Below are positions 1 through 14,086 of a DNA stretch of 64,000 nucleotides, in pieces. The stretch is from Kudoa neothunni (lineage: Eukaryota > Animalia > Cnidaria), in the NCBI GenBank assembly GCA_964304625.1, contig OZ199838.1, positions 1,715,927 to 1,779,926 on the forward strand, read 5' to 3'. The notes below the pieces were generated by a model. It was not told where the DNA came from. It was given only the letters and a program-made list of their open reading frames with translations, and ran no database searches. Made by a program: the position numbers and the translations under genes. Each line of letters starts with the position of its first letter. The stretch's first letter is position 1.

Positions 1-2345
1 ATAACGCGATGGTTGGTTCTTTGAATGTTTCACTTCCTTTTAATTTTACTTATTCTTTATTGCTTATTTTCGTTGAGTGCAATGTTCATAAAAAAGAGCA
101 GTCTAACCAAGAATTAATGTTTTCTTTTCAAATCTACTTGTTACCAGGGAATTTGTTTTACTGAGCGTTAATAATATTATCATCAACGCTCGCCGCTTTT
201 CTACGGAGAATGAATTTACAAAACAAGAGCGACTCTTAAAATTTTCAAGCTAGTCTTTGCTTCAACTGAAACCAATAATTTTAAGATCATCAACGAAAGG
301 TTTGCCTTTTTGGTGATTACAAACTCTAGAATATTTTTCTTTTTTTAGGTTCTGACACCATCCGGTCATATAACTCAATTTCAAATTAGACGTTAGGCAT
401 ATTTTATATTTGAAATCTTTTTTTACGGTTGGAAGAAACATTGGAGTTAATTATATCAGGTTTATTATGCGAAATAATATTCAGAGAAGATTAACCTATT
501 CTAATTTGAATAAAACTCACAATAACAGAATATATGATAATCTATGGTACTCTAGACTCATTTATTCGCATTTCATATGGCTTTATTTGAATCATAATAC
601 TGAATAATTATAATTTTCTGTCCAAATTTCATGTTTTGTTTGCAACGACGACCGCTCGAATGTGTAATTTGGCGGATTAATCGGATCAAAATTGGAAGTA
701 ATTACCGCCCAGTAGCAAGACGCAAGACCGTGAATTTCCCCAAAATCGTGTCAAAGAAATGTTATTTCATATTTTTGTACATAATGTTAAACTAAGAAAT
801 TATATACACTACAAAATTTACAACGTTGAATACAGAAGTTTTAAAAAAACGTCAACTACCCTATATCGAGACCTTACTGTAAGTTTAAGATTAATATTAA
901 ATTTTAAAAGAAATTTGTACAGTAAGAAAAATTATAATCGATAAAAATGCCATGCAAATGTTAAGAAAATCCATGTGATACTTGGTCGACATTATGTGAA
1001 CGAAGTTGGAAATATTGGAATTTAATGAGTAAAATAATCGGCCTACATGAGATCAAAGATTTTACACTTTAACATCATATTAATCCTCATTTTTATCGAA
1101 TAAATGAATATTCTCTGTTCTATTATCTTTATGATATTAATCTAATACATGTAAGACTAATGTTCGTTTGTATGTGTATTTGCTCAGGGTTGCCAGGGCT
1201 TGGGTTTTTCGCCCATGATCTTGTGATTTTTATAGTCACCTTGGGTTCTTGGGGTTTTTTTTCATTTTTTAAAAAATTTTGGGTTTTTATTGAAAACCTG
1301 TAAACATTGAATAATAAAACAAATTTTATTATGTGCGGCTTTAATATTTGTAGAAAGTGGCTATCGACACGGATCATTATATCCAGGTAGTTATAGTATT
1401 GACTGTATCTAATTATTTATTACCCTTAGGAGCGTTAGCGATGAGCAAAAAACAATTACAGCAGATTCTAAAGAATAAACTTTACAGATCAACTATAAAT
1501 ATGGGTTAACGGGATTAAAAACTCTCGTGTAATTAGCCAGTCCCTTAATTTGAAACAAAAATTAATTATTAAAGTTTTCATCTAGCCTCGTATAATTTGC
1601 TCTCTTTTTATAATCTCACTAAAATAAAAATAATTATAATTTCGCTAATCAGGATCATCAAAGGTATCATATTTTGGGAAACTTTTACTTTGAACGAGTT
1701 TTCCCCCGACTCGCCAAGCCAAATGAATACGTACCCATACGTGTATCAACCGAGTATATTTACACTTTCATATTATTGTTCCAGAATTATGTTCTTAATG
1801 TCGGCTTTTACTATAGCTAGGAATTTACGAATGACCAATATTTTGGGAATAAAAACCTTCTTACGAACCCCCAATAAGTTCGTGGCTCCCTTGGAGGTCC
1901 ACAAACCTTAAATTGACGTAATTTAGTTTAAATCGTTCTATAAGTTAATTTGAAATTTTAATATTTTTTGGTGAGTTTAACAATTTTCTCGAAGAAAAAT
2001 TATCCCAATCCTGGGTGAAGCTAAACAATTCTCATTAGTAATAAATAAAATTAAAATATGACAATTCTATGACTGAATGTAATTGTTTCTTGAAAATAAA
2101 CATTTATACTTTTACCAAAATATATTTTTAAGTAATTCGAATGATAGATTACATATTATTTTAACTATAGTTTAGATTCGTAGCTCTAACCTCAATTTTT
2201 ACGAGATCTACTCAAAGATAAATTAGAATTTAAAAAAAATTGAATTTTTAGTCTAACTAAATACGATTGTATGTTTACATAATCTTTGGTTTTTGGATGA
2301 ATCTCCAAGTGAGACAACCCAACCAAAATGAGTATGAGTATTAGA

Positions 2346-3623
2346 CTATTTGTTTTTTCCGTGATGTTGATCTTTAAGAGATTTAGTTGCCTCATTAACC
2401 GAATCAGACAATTCCTTCATTGACACATAATTCATTTTATGGTCATGATCACCAATGGAAAATATTGGTAATGGTGATTCGTCGATTGTAACAAGTGGAA
2501 TATTTTCAAGGGCATGACGTATTGGAGGTAGATGAGACGCTGAAGGCATATTTTCATCAACTGGTGTATTTATCTAAGAATTTACCAATAAATATTGAGA
2601 TGTGCCACAATCATACATAAACGGGTTTGTTTTGATTATTAACATTTAATGTGTTGGCTCGTGTTGTTCTATTGATTGTAAAAGCAGCACCTGGGCCATA
2701 AAAACTATCAGAAGTTAGCCATGAAAGAACCATCTCACACACAACATTACCTCTCATTTCGTGTCATGAAGTTAACATCGCCTGCGTCAACCAAATTCTC
2801 CTTTGCCTGTAAATAAATAAGAGCTACTTAAAAATTAACATAAACAACCTTGACATTTTCAGGTGTCCTATTTCTAACGTAGTTATCAAATAGGTTTTGT
2901 CCTTTAGCAAGGTTTGCTTGGTGCAGCCCTATAATAATCTTTTAGTGATTATTTAATAGTATATGTCAACTTAATTGAGCGCCAGTATCACGAGTTGGAA
3001 CATCTTCCAAGATAACTGATCTAAAGTTTGGTATTCCTCCAATGTACAAAAGTAAGACAAATAAAATACTTGGAAGGAGCAGTGGCAATCATTGCTTGAC
3101 TTTTTGTTCTAAAATACGCATTTAAATGTCTCCCAAAAACCGTAACAAAATACAGATTAATTATAGCGCTGGGGTTTGTTTTAACAAGTTTTGCTGCCTC
3201 TCTAAACACAGAAATTTAATAATTTATTGAATATTGACAAACTTGTAAAGGATATCAGTGTTGGCAGCAAGAATAGTGTCTTTTCTTTCAATTTTGGCCT
3301 TTTCGGTCAGAAATTGTTCACATCTTTTTTCGATTCGCGAGGCAACTTTCTAAATCAAATCTTGTAGCGACGCAAACAATAGAGTATACCTTTATACCGG
3401 AGAGTTTCTCCGTTCCACAAATGGCGATAGCACAATTATTGAGATGATCAATAATCTGAGGAATCATTTATCGATTATTCCACACTTGAAATTACTTTGA
3501 AGTTCATTTCTTCCAACATGAGGATCTTCTTTTTAGGTTCAATCTTAATTTTTAACAGTCGAACCAGTGGTTTGATTGTAATACCCTTGGAAGTGGGTAA
3601 ATTAAATTATTATTTGAAAAACA

Positions 3624-3654
<31 letters not shown>

Positions 3655-5634
3655 GTATAGATATGAATTACTTGTACAAAAACTGTAAACAAAACAATAA
3701 AAAAAGCAGTTGTGACAAAAAGTTTTTTGTATTCGCTCTCCTCTTCGAGAATCAACGCCAGAGAAATAGCAACGGCCCCACGCAAGCCTCCATACATCTA
3801 GCCAAGACATTATCAAATATTCTGACAAAATCAACATACCATCACAAATTGTTCCATCCATGTAACCTTCTCTCTGGGTTTTCTCGCATTTGAAATAAGA
3901 GTGATTGTGAAAATACCTAAAACATACCAACGACATACTTTTTGACTAATCTCAGGTAGAAGATACTAATTATTCGAAACACAGTAATTCCCAAAAGCGT
4001 CAGGAGAGTGAATCCCGTATTCCATTGGAGATCAAAAGTTACAAGCGAACAACCAAGAAAAACGAAAATCATAGCTTCCGAAGTGGTACTGAAACGAATC
4101 GATTTAAAGTGGATTCAATGGTTTTAATATACAAATACCTTATAGCTCTTAGAACGCGTTGGATTGTGGTCTTGGATTTGTAGCTGATGTTTGTTTCGAC
4201 ATACGGTTTCATAACGATTCCCGAAAATAAAATACTTTTGCAAAAAATATAAATTATATTCATGGTTACACTAAAAACCATCACCTACCTTAATATTCCA
4301 GAGAAATGAAAGGTTTCAGCAATCAAATATCCAATGTATGGAATGACAAGCACGATCACTGGCTCCAATACTAAACAAATATTGAATCAACCCACAGCAA
4401 AATCAGCGAAACATACATCGAAGAACTTTGGTGTATTTAGTGACAAACGCTGTGAGCAAACCAAAAATTGTTCCAATGATCACTCCTAGTGTGCTCACAA
4501 TAAAAAAGGAACCTACACCAGTGAGTATTTCCTTGTGAGTGACAACTGATGATTTGGTAAGATATTCAAAAAGATTGTAGAGAACAATTGTGACAGCATC
4601 TATAATTTTTGTATAAAATAAAATTATTATTGAGAAATGTACCATTTAGAATTGATTCTCCGAATACAATTATAAATAATAGTTGATGAACTTGAAGCTC
4701 GTTGAAAACAGCAAGAACCTATATTTTACGATTCCATGTATATATTGTTCGATTATAGATATTACGGCAACTGGATCGACAGCGGAAATAAGAGAACCAA
4801 ACAAAAAGCAATTAGTGAGCCCAATTTTTGGGATACCAATATGTCCAGAACACAAATATAGAAAAAATCCAAGTGCAAATGCATTAAATAAGGTTCCCTG
4901 AATATTAACCGATAGATCTGTTGGAGTATAATTGTCAAATTATTATTTACCAGAATAGCATGAAGAAGGATCGGAATTATATTTTCAAAGAATGCTCTGG
5001 TCTTAACAAAATAACCAGCATCCAATACAATCCTGTAGAGTGGAGTAAACACGATAGTTGTTTGTGCATATAAAATAAAATATACGGTGGTAAAAGTATC
5101 AGGAAAAATAAGTCTGGAGTGAATTTGAAATAATCAACCACATTTCCCCATCTATAAATAGATTAATCAATCTAATGTATAAAAAATTAGAATCAACACC
5201 TATAGATTGCTCCGATCGGAACTCCCAGCACAATCAATAAGCTATAAAGCACGGGTGAAAATAACGTAAATAAAAAATTACCATGATTCGGGTATAATGT
5301 GGGATATTCTAGTGGCATAATGGTAACCTAAAATGATTAGTTCAAAAATGTTTTGCTATTTAAATCTACGGATAAAACAAACCAACAAATAAAAATTATT
5401 AGACCCTGAGATACAGAAACAATTACTTGTAATTGTAACACAAACCAACAGAATCCATAGACTAACCACCATTAGTGTCCCAACTCTTGGAAAATTAACA
5501 GAGACCAATGATATGCCATGATGTTCTTCTGGCGAAGGTTGATTGGGAGCTTCGGCACATTTTATTTGGGTACAAAACGTATATAACAGAAGAATTTTTA
5601 TATATAGGCTGTGTAATCCGTTAGGAAATCTCAT
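2346..5634 (-). CDS. Na+/H+ exchanger, SLC9A (NHE) family; roughly 20 short introns
   Basis: Manual splicing at GT-AG junctions gives a signal-peptide-like N-terminus, then IIPESCLLIVLG, FFLILLPPIVLDAGY, FGSLISAVDPVAVLAVF, IVFGESILNDAVTIVLY and MYGGLRGAVAISLA. These are hallmark NHE motifs. A long cytosolic tail ends at the stop at 2346; ATG at 5634. Confidence 0.95.
3623..3662. repeat. (TA)n microsatellite inside an NHE intron
   Basis: Direct atatat... run with a degenerate atgt tail. Confidence 0.9.
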
Positions 5635-7759
5635 CAATTTTTCTACGGTAGTTTCAAGATTAGGTGGGTAGTAGATGAATCGGAATTATCGGATTTTCGA
5701 TAGCTTCTCTATTCACCGTTATCTTAAGCGGTTAATAAAGATTAGTCAATCAAATATGGAATCACTCCGCTAAAAAATTAAACTCGCTAGACCAAATCCC
5801 TGATGTTTTTAAGCTCTTAGGTGACAGATTAACGATTGAATAGAAGTGATATCATGTATATCGCAAAACAACCTAGAAACCAATAAAAGTAATTGTATCA
5901 CGCCTTTAAGATTTTCTTAACTGGATTAATATAAAAATAAAATCTAGAAAGTTATTCTATTTGTTTTTATATAACCTGTCTTCTGGTGGAATAATTAACA
6001 CCTGTTACGTTGAATTTGATTATTTGTCGAAACCAGAAACCCAAAACAACGAAATATTGAATTTGAATGCTAAAGAAATTTTGTAGAATATAATAAAATA
6101 ACTTTTTAAAATTAAGACAATCCAAAGTTGTTGAAATACACGAACTTTAACTCATTTTAATTAAAGTAACATAATAGATATTATTCATATAATCTCAATT
6201 GTTTTTTCGAATTCCGAGGATACCTTATATAGGAATTTGCTTCAAAGACCTTCTCTATTTAACAAACAAACATACCAAAATATAAACTGATTAATTCTTC
6301 CCTGGTGTATTCATCTTCCTGCTTCTATTTTGGAATTAAATCCAAAATTCAACTTAATATATCATGCTGATTATAGATAAAAGTTTAATATCAACATTTA
6401 ATTTTACATTAGTTCTTTGAGATTCCTATAGTTATACAAAAAAGATGTTGCGTCTTGGAAACATTGTCAAGGTGGGGGGTCTCGTCAGTACGACTGTTAA
6501 CATTTGCATCAAAAATCAAATATTTACACAAGAGACTTTGGAGATAAAAAAATATTTTCGTTGACTTATTTGTTTAATTTTCAATTGTTAAAGCTTAATT
6601 TTATTGGAAAAATTGATATGTCTCGAATTTTATGCATTCAAAACAGTGAAAATTAAAAAATGTCGAAAAAATCGCAAACTACCTATGATTCAACATATCC
6701 ATCTAGTATTTGAAACTATTTTTCCTAAAAAAGTTCTTTAAAGTTTGTCAAAAATATATATGTATGTGTATCCATTTAATTAGCTTGTAGAAGGAATTAA
6801 ACATAATTTTGGTTAGGACGCCATTAGCGGCTGGAGAAATTTACTTATAAAAACGTATTTTTAGTCCCGTTTGTTACGGTGGTTTTTAATTTTATTTGAA
6901 AAGTTGAAAGATTTTAAAAATTATTCACGCAACTATTGTATTAATTTGTTGTCTTAATCCTTTATTCGAATGTTTGCCGTTTGGTTTTAGAAAATTTGTT
7001 TATCAACCACCAATAGATGCCTTATTTTTGTTATTATTAATTTTTAATGATTTTTATTGTTTTTGATAAAATGTTGGTTAAAAGTACAGCTTTCTATTCT
7101 TCGAATAAAATCCAAAACCACGAGTTTGTACGAAAAATATATAAGAATCACAAAGAACTTAACAATTGTAGAGGATACAACAACATGGCAATATACAACT
7201 CAAAATGAAAATCTGAGCAAAGACAAAATCCACATGATGAACCAAACCTTTCTATAAATAATAAAGAGACAATAATTATTCATGTATGCAAGAGATAACG
7301 TTCGCATATGGATGTTTGTTTATTTAATGTTACACGAATGCAACAATAATGTTTCTCAACAAAAATTGCGGCATTTTCAGGAAGGAATATTAATTAATAT
7401 GTTTTAATGATTAGTTTAAAAACAATTTATAAAAGGGGTTCTATTCGGAATGAGTACTAAAATGGAAAACACACTTTTATTTTTATTTATTTTCAACTAA
7501 GCTGTTATCTGTTGGTTAAAAAAAATCAACAAATTATGAAAGAAGCATTTTTCGTAATTAAACTCTCTAAAATACGATAAAAAGCAGAACATTACAATTA
7601 ATTCATTTTATTAAAAGGCATAAGTGATAGTAAATAACGTCATGATTTTGAGCACTTGTCTTACAAAAATATGTGTAGATGGAATCTAAACATCCAAGCA
7701 TTATGATATTTTAATTATTTCTTTGCATAGTACTAGAAGAATATGTGACCTGAATCGAC

Positions 7760-8040
7760 GACCTCCGGGTTTTTGGTTATTTTTGTGCTCCCTCTGAAGT
7801 GATAGTAAAGGAACTCTTAAAGAGGTATGATATTTCGCCATGGGTAGTAAGGAATCAAGAGACCTTAATTCCTATACCTAAGAAAGAGGTAATAAAACGA
7901 AAAACCAAATACAGTGATGAATGAGTTGGTTGTAGTAAGTTAACAGAACGATGGTACAATTACCTTAAAATTTACAACTGATTAACGACTCAGTCGCTGA
8001 TTCAATGGTCGGAATTCATTCAAATACAATTGTGATTGTT
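7760..8040 (+). mobile_element. Decayed Merlin (IS1595-like) transposase fragment
   Basis: Translates to FWLF...RNQETLIPIPKKEVIKRKTKYSDE*VGCSKL...ADSMVGIHSNTI. This resembles the Merlin pattern WVFG..R...TLIPII...I.SDEW..Y..L...VDP.TG.HTN.IE, with stops and frameshifts. Confidence 0.65.
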
Positions 8041-8699
8041 GATATCGGTTTAAATTAAATATTTTAGAGACGAGAAATGGTGTAAACGAATCGTATTTCG
8101 AGAGTTACCTCCATGAAGAAAGGTTCCGCTACATTAAGGAGACGAATTTCTAATTATTCAATAATTGCTTGAATATTATCCAATTAAATAAAATATGTCT
8201 TTTTAGACGCAAATCATAAATAATCGTCGTACTAATGATCACAGATCTGAAAAAACCATGCTCAGAATTAAAATTCTTGATCTATTTATCTGTAAAAATC
8301 TTTTGTTCGTCAAAGTGTTTAAAGTTATGTTATTAATTTTCTACCTGAAAATAAATTAAAAATAATCATTTATAAAATTTTTTAGAAATTCTACATTAAA
8401 TAAAATATAAAATAGTTACATTTCACCTGAAAATTTGTCGTAAGGTATAATTCATTAGTTACTTACTGGATTTCCACGATAAATATCCCAATCTTTTTAT
8501 TTGCAGATATTATACTTTATAAACAACCATAATTATACCGAAAAGTGAAATTTAAAATCCCTAGAACACGATAAATTTTTTTTATTGCAGCGATATCCAC
8601 GGAAAAAAGTCTAACTAAAAACGTAATATATTCACGACACGGTGCGATTTTATGCGACTCAACGTTAGGGGATCAATTGTTCGGTTGAACTTGTGTGTA

Positions 8700-9323
8700 A
8701 TGTCTTCTCATAACGACTATCGACCCGAGAATACAGTTTATGTTGGAAATCTTAATGAAAAAGTCACAGATAGACTGCTATATGAATTGTTTGTGCAGGT
8801 TTGTGGCGAAATGTTGGTTGTAATGTTGGTTATATCATTTGGAATTTAGGCGGGTCCAGTAGAAGTGGTTACAATCCCAAAGCCGAAGGAGGGTCAGAGC
8901 AGATATTATGGATTTGTCGAATTCAAAAATAGTGTATCGGTTGATTATGCGTGTAAGCTGATGGATGGAATTCCACTGTTTTATTCGGCATTGGTGGTTC
9001 GACCTCAGAACACAGATCGAAACTCAACAACTAACACTGCTCGGCCTGTACACAGCGACCACAGGAACAATCCATCTTATCACAATCACAACCACAACCA
9101 CAATCAAAGGATGATACCCAATTATCCCCCTAGTCTACCCAACCATCCTATCACTAGTTATGGTGGTTATGTTAACAGAGAATATCCTCCTCCACCACCT
9201 TATCACCCTCGTCCACATTTTTCCTATAATGATCGAAACATTTCGCGACCCTTTCACAACGCTCCACCTCCTCCACCACAAAGAGAATATAATAACCGGA
9301 AACGACGTCACTTTAACGATTAA
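8700..9323 (+). CDS. RBM7: RNA-binding protein RBM7/RBM11-like (single RRM plus Pro/His/Arg-rich tail)
   Basis: ATG 8700; intron 8799-8849 (GT-AG). Spliced RRM reads TVYVGNLNEKVTDRLLYELFVQ|AGPVEVVTIPKPKEGQSRYYGFVEFKNSVSVDYACKLMDGIPLF, matching the RBM7 RRM. Confidence 0.85.
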
Positions 9324-9696
9324 TAACTAGTCATTCTTCGCAGCTTATTATTTTGTAAATAGTTTCTAAAGGTTTTATTGAATTTTGTTTGTTTGGGATT
9401 TCAATAAAGTTCAAATTTATCGATTTATCTTTTCAAATGGTGATGCGCAACAAACAATCCCATTTTAAGATGTTTATTATGCGGTGATTTTAATTATTAA
9501 TTATTCGAGAATTATCTAAATTTTATTGAAATCCATTGTTGTTGACCTACAATGTCTAAAAATTAACATGGTTTGCAATTTTGAGATATACGAATCGATT
9601 TTAAATCTATTATTGGCTGTTAACAAAAAAATACATGTAACTCGCTATAACAAAAGAATTCGCACAAACAAATAAAATCGCTAAATTTACACAACT

Positions 9697-10794
9697 CTAT
9701 GAGAATTGAGTTTTATATTCGGATTTCAATTCCCACATACCTTTGAAAGGATCTCTAGTTCTATAATTGCAAACCTCCCTAAGAATATCTTTCAAGTAGT
9801 CCTATCGAACAGATCAGATCTATTAGACCAAACGTATATCAAAATTAACGTCATTGTACCATTGGCTGGTTGGTGATATCGGAAAGCTCTTTCAAACGAT
9901 AATAAGGATTCTGACTGAATGCTTGGAATACTATATCTTTGACCTATCCAAACACACATACACACATGCACTAAAAAACAAAATGCAGAAAACAACAAAC
10001 CTCGTGTCTGTCAAGACGAACACGTTTTCCAACTTCCTTTTTCATTTGAGCATATTCAACCTACACACACTTGGCATTATTCTCAGCTCACACAATTGCT
10101 AGTACATCTTCTTTGTAAGCTGAAATTGGTTTGATTGCTCCAGTGACAACCGAATTTAATTTTTGAACAGTTTTTTGAGGCAATTTCTGCGGCTGAGGTA
10201 ACACAAATTGATTCAACAAGGTACTAGAAAACAATGCCAATCTTTAAAACCTCATAGCGATAAACTTTTTATTCCTTGTTGTTTCCACATATGGAGTGGC
10301 TTCAATCTTTGTACCCACATGTCCAATAATTTTAAATTCTTCAGCAAAGTTAACCAATTAGTTTTTATCGAACACATTCTACCTCCATTAATATGAGTTG
10401 ATACGAGACTATCGGGATTTTGAATTGGATTAGGTTTCAAGGAATACGCTCTTGTGGCACCGGATTTAGTTGTTGTTCCAAGTATCATCTACATACACAC
10501 CCCGTATAGAATAAAACCTCTCAATGTATTTCTATGAAACATTTGTCCTATTACTTGATCGCTTGAACTATAGATATTCATTTATCAAACTCAAAATAGA
10601 AAAAAATGTACTTTATTTGTTCAATTTGGGCCACTCGTTCGCCATCCAACGCTTGATGCCAATATTCGGCAACTTGTTTTGGTAACTAAAACACAAATTT
10701 GCGACAATCAACATCAAAGAATTAGCACTTTAATAAGAAACAATTCATTTGAAGAAAAGTTGCAGGTGGGATCAATTTCCTTTTTATCGCTCAT
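9697..10794 (-). CDS. GTF2F2: General transcription factor IIF subunit 2 (RAP30); 8 introns, including a 13-nt microexon
   Basis: Spliced product MSDKKEIDPTCNFSSNELFLIK|LPKQVAEYW...KTVQKLNSVVTGAIKPISAYKED|VEYAQMKKEVGKRVRLDRHE|VKDIVFQAFSQNPYYRLKELSDITNQPM|DYLKDILREVCNYRTRDPFKGMWELKSEYKTQFS*. It matches the RAP30 N-terminal LVKVPK..W motif and the C-terminal winged helix (YY.LK.L..IT.QP..YLK.IL..WELK.EY). Confidence 0.93.
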
Positions 10795-11405
10795 AAAGTA
10801 AAACGGGATATTAAAAACCGGCTGCGCGCGCGTCCTTCGCCATATTAAAAATTTAATATAAACATATATTGTCTCAAAGCTTATTATTCTGTCTATTACA
10901 TTAAATATGATTTATGTTCATTTTAAATTTTTTGGTAGGAAAATAGTTTTTTCTCGTTGACGAACTTAGAAGGTTCTTTTAAGTTCAAATTAGAAATATT
11001 TTAATCCTTTAATATTCAAAAATTTTAAGAGTATTTCTATTATCCACGCTGAATAATAAAAATAATACAAATACCACCTGCGCCTGATCGTAATTGTGTA
11101 TTATGAGTCAACTAGTGGAATGACATTTACATCTGAACATTTCGTTAATTTAGAACCACCTTATTATAATTTATTTCATTTGTAGAAATTTTTATTAATA
11201 TATTTACACGCTTTAAAAACCATGAAGTGCGTGTATTTTATATGTTCTTGATTCTGGCGATTGCGCCATTTAATTACAATTTATTTCAAATTCGCGGTAA
11301 TGTTCCTTTTATATTCATATAATAATAGATAATTATTAATGATTTTAGTCGGTAATATAATTTTTTATATCAATTTTTAAAACGACAAACTTTAATCCCG
11401 TATGA

Positions 11406-13035
11406 CATAGGTTTTCAACTCTCAACCGGGGATAAATTCTAAATGACAAAGAATAAATTGAGTGACATCAAAATTTTCTTGGGGCGATTCTTTCATAATA
11501 CTTTTTGGGACATACTTAACGATTCCTAAGGAATTATATTATTCAGGCTTAATAAACTCATTAGGAAGTTCGCAGAAATGCTTAAAATATTTTTAGGAAT
11601 CAATATTTGACATCTATTTATAAGGCTATGATTGGTCTCCTCCTTATATGACTCGTTTATATTTTAGTGATGTAGCCTAATAATCTACCACCTACTGTAT
11701 GTATAAAGCTGAAGTGTCCGTGTGTCTGTCAGCAAATAAGTATGTGAGTCAAAATTTTTTCCTTGTAGAGAGATATATATGAAATTTTTTAAAAATCACA
11801 ATGTTCCAAAAAATCTTTAAATCGTTTTCAAACTACTAAATGTTCCCAAAAGTGTTTTGAAAATAGTGATTTTGTCGATTCAAAGTTTATTTATCGGATT
11901 ACTTGAGTTCAACAACAGGATTAAAACCTGCTGATGACCCGTTGAACTTAGTTTTCCCCATACATGTTTTATCAAATGTTGATTAACTGCTGCTATCTGA
12001 CTTTTTATATACATTTAATGTGTAAATTTAGATGTTCGTGCAGGTACACTCCTTATTTGCGGAGTTTTAACGTATACAACTTGATAAACACATTTCAAAG
12101 GTTCTATTAATGATTTTCGATGTGATAAAAAATCTATATATGTTTCATGAATGTCGCATTGGCAAAGAACGTTAAAATTGCATTGATTGAAGCATTATAA
12201 TGGAAATACGGTGTCAGTAGATTTCATTGAAATCGTTCGTTATGTTAAACTTTCCGTGAGTAAATTCAGTTGAAGCAATGTATTTTTATTCAATCTTATT
12301 ATTTAAAATAGTTTGGTTGATATTTACTAGGTTTGTACGCGTTTTTGAGAAAGAGTGCACTATAGTGTATGCGGGGCAAAAAGATAATAATTTGAATAAT
12401 AAAAATCAATTTTCATATGATTCCTTCTATCTCTATATATTTTTTTATCTCCCATGAATGGTTGTGAATGGACTTTCTGAGCCGGGCCAAAATTAACGTT
12501 TTAAATAGCACTTTAAGTGAATTTATATTTCATATTCACAGTCGTTAAAATTTAATGCTTTAAAATTTTTTTTAATTTGATTGAATCTATAGGTTACTTT
12601 TAAATATTAATATCTTTTTTGAATGTTATTAAGAAATTTTTCATTGCTTATTACTTTCAAACAATTCTGGACAATTCCCCTTAGTAATATTTAAATATTT
12701 AAAGTGGCTGTTTGCATGGTAAATAATATTTAGGTGTCACTAGTTTTGATTTTTTAAATTATTTCCGTCTCCTAATAGCGATAAATGAAGATAGAAATAT
12801 TTTAATTTAGTAAAATCTAAAAAATTAAACCTGTAGATAGGATAGCTTGTGATCAGGAGTTGCTGGGATTAAAAATTGCCATTGCAAAGACCTACATGCC
12901 TTGTAGGACTAGAATTTATCCCTCGAATAGCCAATAGCCTCTGTCACATCTAAACTAGAAGTAAACTCTATAGTAAATATGAATATGTCCTCCAAGTTAA
13001 GGGGATTAACTTGAAAAAACGGTTGAGAACCCCTG
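11406..13035. mobile_element. Non-autonomous hAT (Charlie/Buster-type TIR) element, interrupted by a Helitron
   Basis: Right TIR ggttgagaacccctg (13021-13035); degenerate left TIR cataggttttcaac; imperfect 8-bp TSD ccgtatga/ctgtatgg. The body is homologous to 20680-21960. Confidence 0.75.
11684..12684 (+). mobile_element. Non-autonomous Helitron (family B, copy 1)
   Basis: A|TC start, a gtgtccgtgtgtctgtc tract near the 5' end, and a cTTAG|T end. Homologous along its length to 24680-25780. Absent from the sister hAT copy. Confidence 0.75.
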
Positions 13036-14086
13036 CTGTATGGACTATGCATTTATCGTAATATTTTTTTGATCTAACTTTTGATAAAATATTAAATCAT
13101 TTCTTAATATTTTCCCGTCTTAATACAATAATTAAACATCTAACACAATGTTTCCAACCATTTTTCTATCGCACCCAACTTTTTCTTTGAATAAATGATT
13201 TCTGTGCCCAACTTTTTTCTAAAGTATTGAATTTTTTAATTTAACTGCTTAAAGTTTGAGTCAATCTTCACATCCAATTTAAATTTGAAGATGATTAATG
13301 TATATTTATTTTCCCATTCAAATTAAAATATATTCTATCAGATCTTATTTAACTTATATATGTACCTTACAAATTAAGATCTTTAGTTCTTTTTTTCGCA
13401 AAAAACAATGTTAAATGAAACTCGTGATATCCAACTTGCGCTCGAAAAAACTTTGGTGTATATGAAGGGAGGCTTATAAATAGAAGTCGTAATTTTCGGC
13501 GACTATTTTTAAAAAATTAGACGTTTTTCGATTTTAATCAAAAATTACGGCCTCTACTCATAAACGGACAGATATAATCTGGATAGAAAATTACTCAATA
13601 TTCTATCTGGTTAAATCAAAAACAGAGGAGATCACGATTGTAAATGTGACAAGATGGGAATTAAAACCATTAAGATTCTATTTGGGGTAAAGACCATATC
13701 ACATTATTATTTATTTTTATATAATTAGTCATTGCCTTCGGTGTTGTTTTTTGATATTCATAGTCGCTTAACAATACACCATATCGCAATAATCGAGGTA
13801 TTGATTTCAAATTGCGCCATACTGTCAAATTATCCCAATATTATCAACGTTCTATCAGACTGTTCATTAAACGATCAGAAATTTTCATGCTCCACTAAAA
13901 TTCTTCCCCTACTTCTGGTGGGAAACACTGATCTAACAGAAAAAAAGACAAATACCCTCAAAGGGGCTTTAGAGTAACTAAGACCCCTTGTATTTTTTTA
14001 ATTTAATGTATGAAGGAAATTATTATTGTTTCATTAAAATAATTCTCAAATAGAATTAAAAATTGATGTTCTTTTTAAACTATTAA

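Noticed and set aside
1-400. Possible LINE reverse-transcriptase relic (FVDDLKII, minus strand); a similar hint at 23100-23600
   Set aside because: A single short motif amid many stops; not supportable without a search.
410-2395. Short ORFs of 60-105 aa here and in other intergenic tracts
   Set aside because: Low-complexity AT-driven composition, no motifs, and mostly non-ATG starts or antisense shadows of real genes.
5328-5426. Hidden microexon or GC donor in the 99-nt first NHE intron
   Set aside because: Direct splicing already aligns without gaps to the NHE W-I-L-L...G-F-H segment.
6850-6885. tttttagtccc resemblance to a cnidarian spliced-leader sequence
   Set aside because: The match is too short in AT-rich DNA, and no convincing SL RNA structure or Sm site is present.
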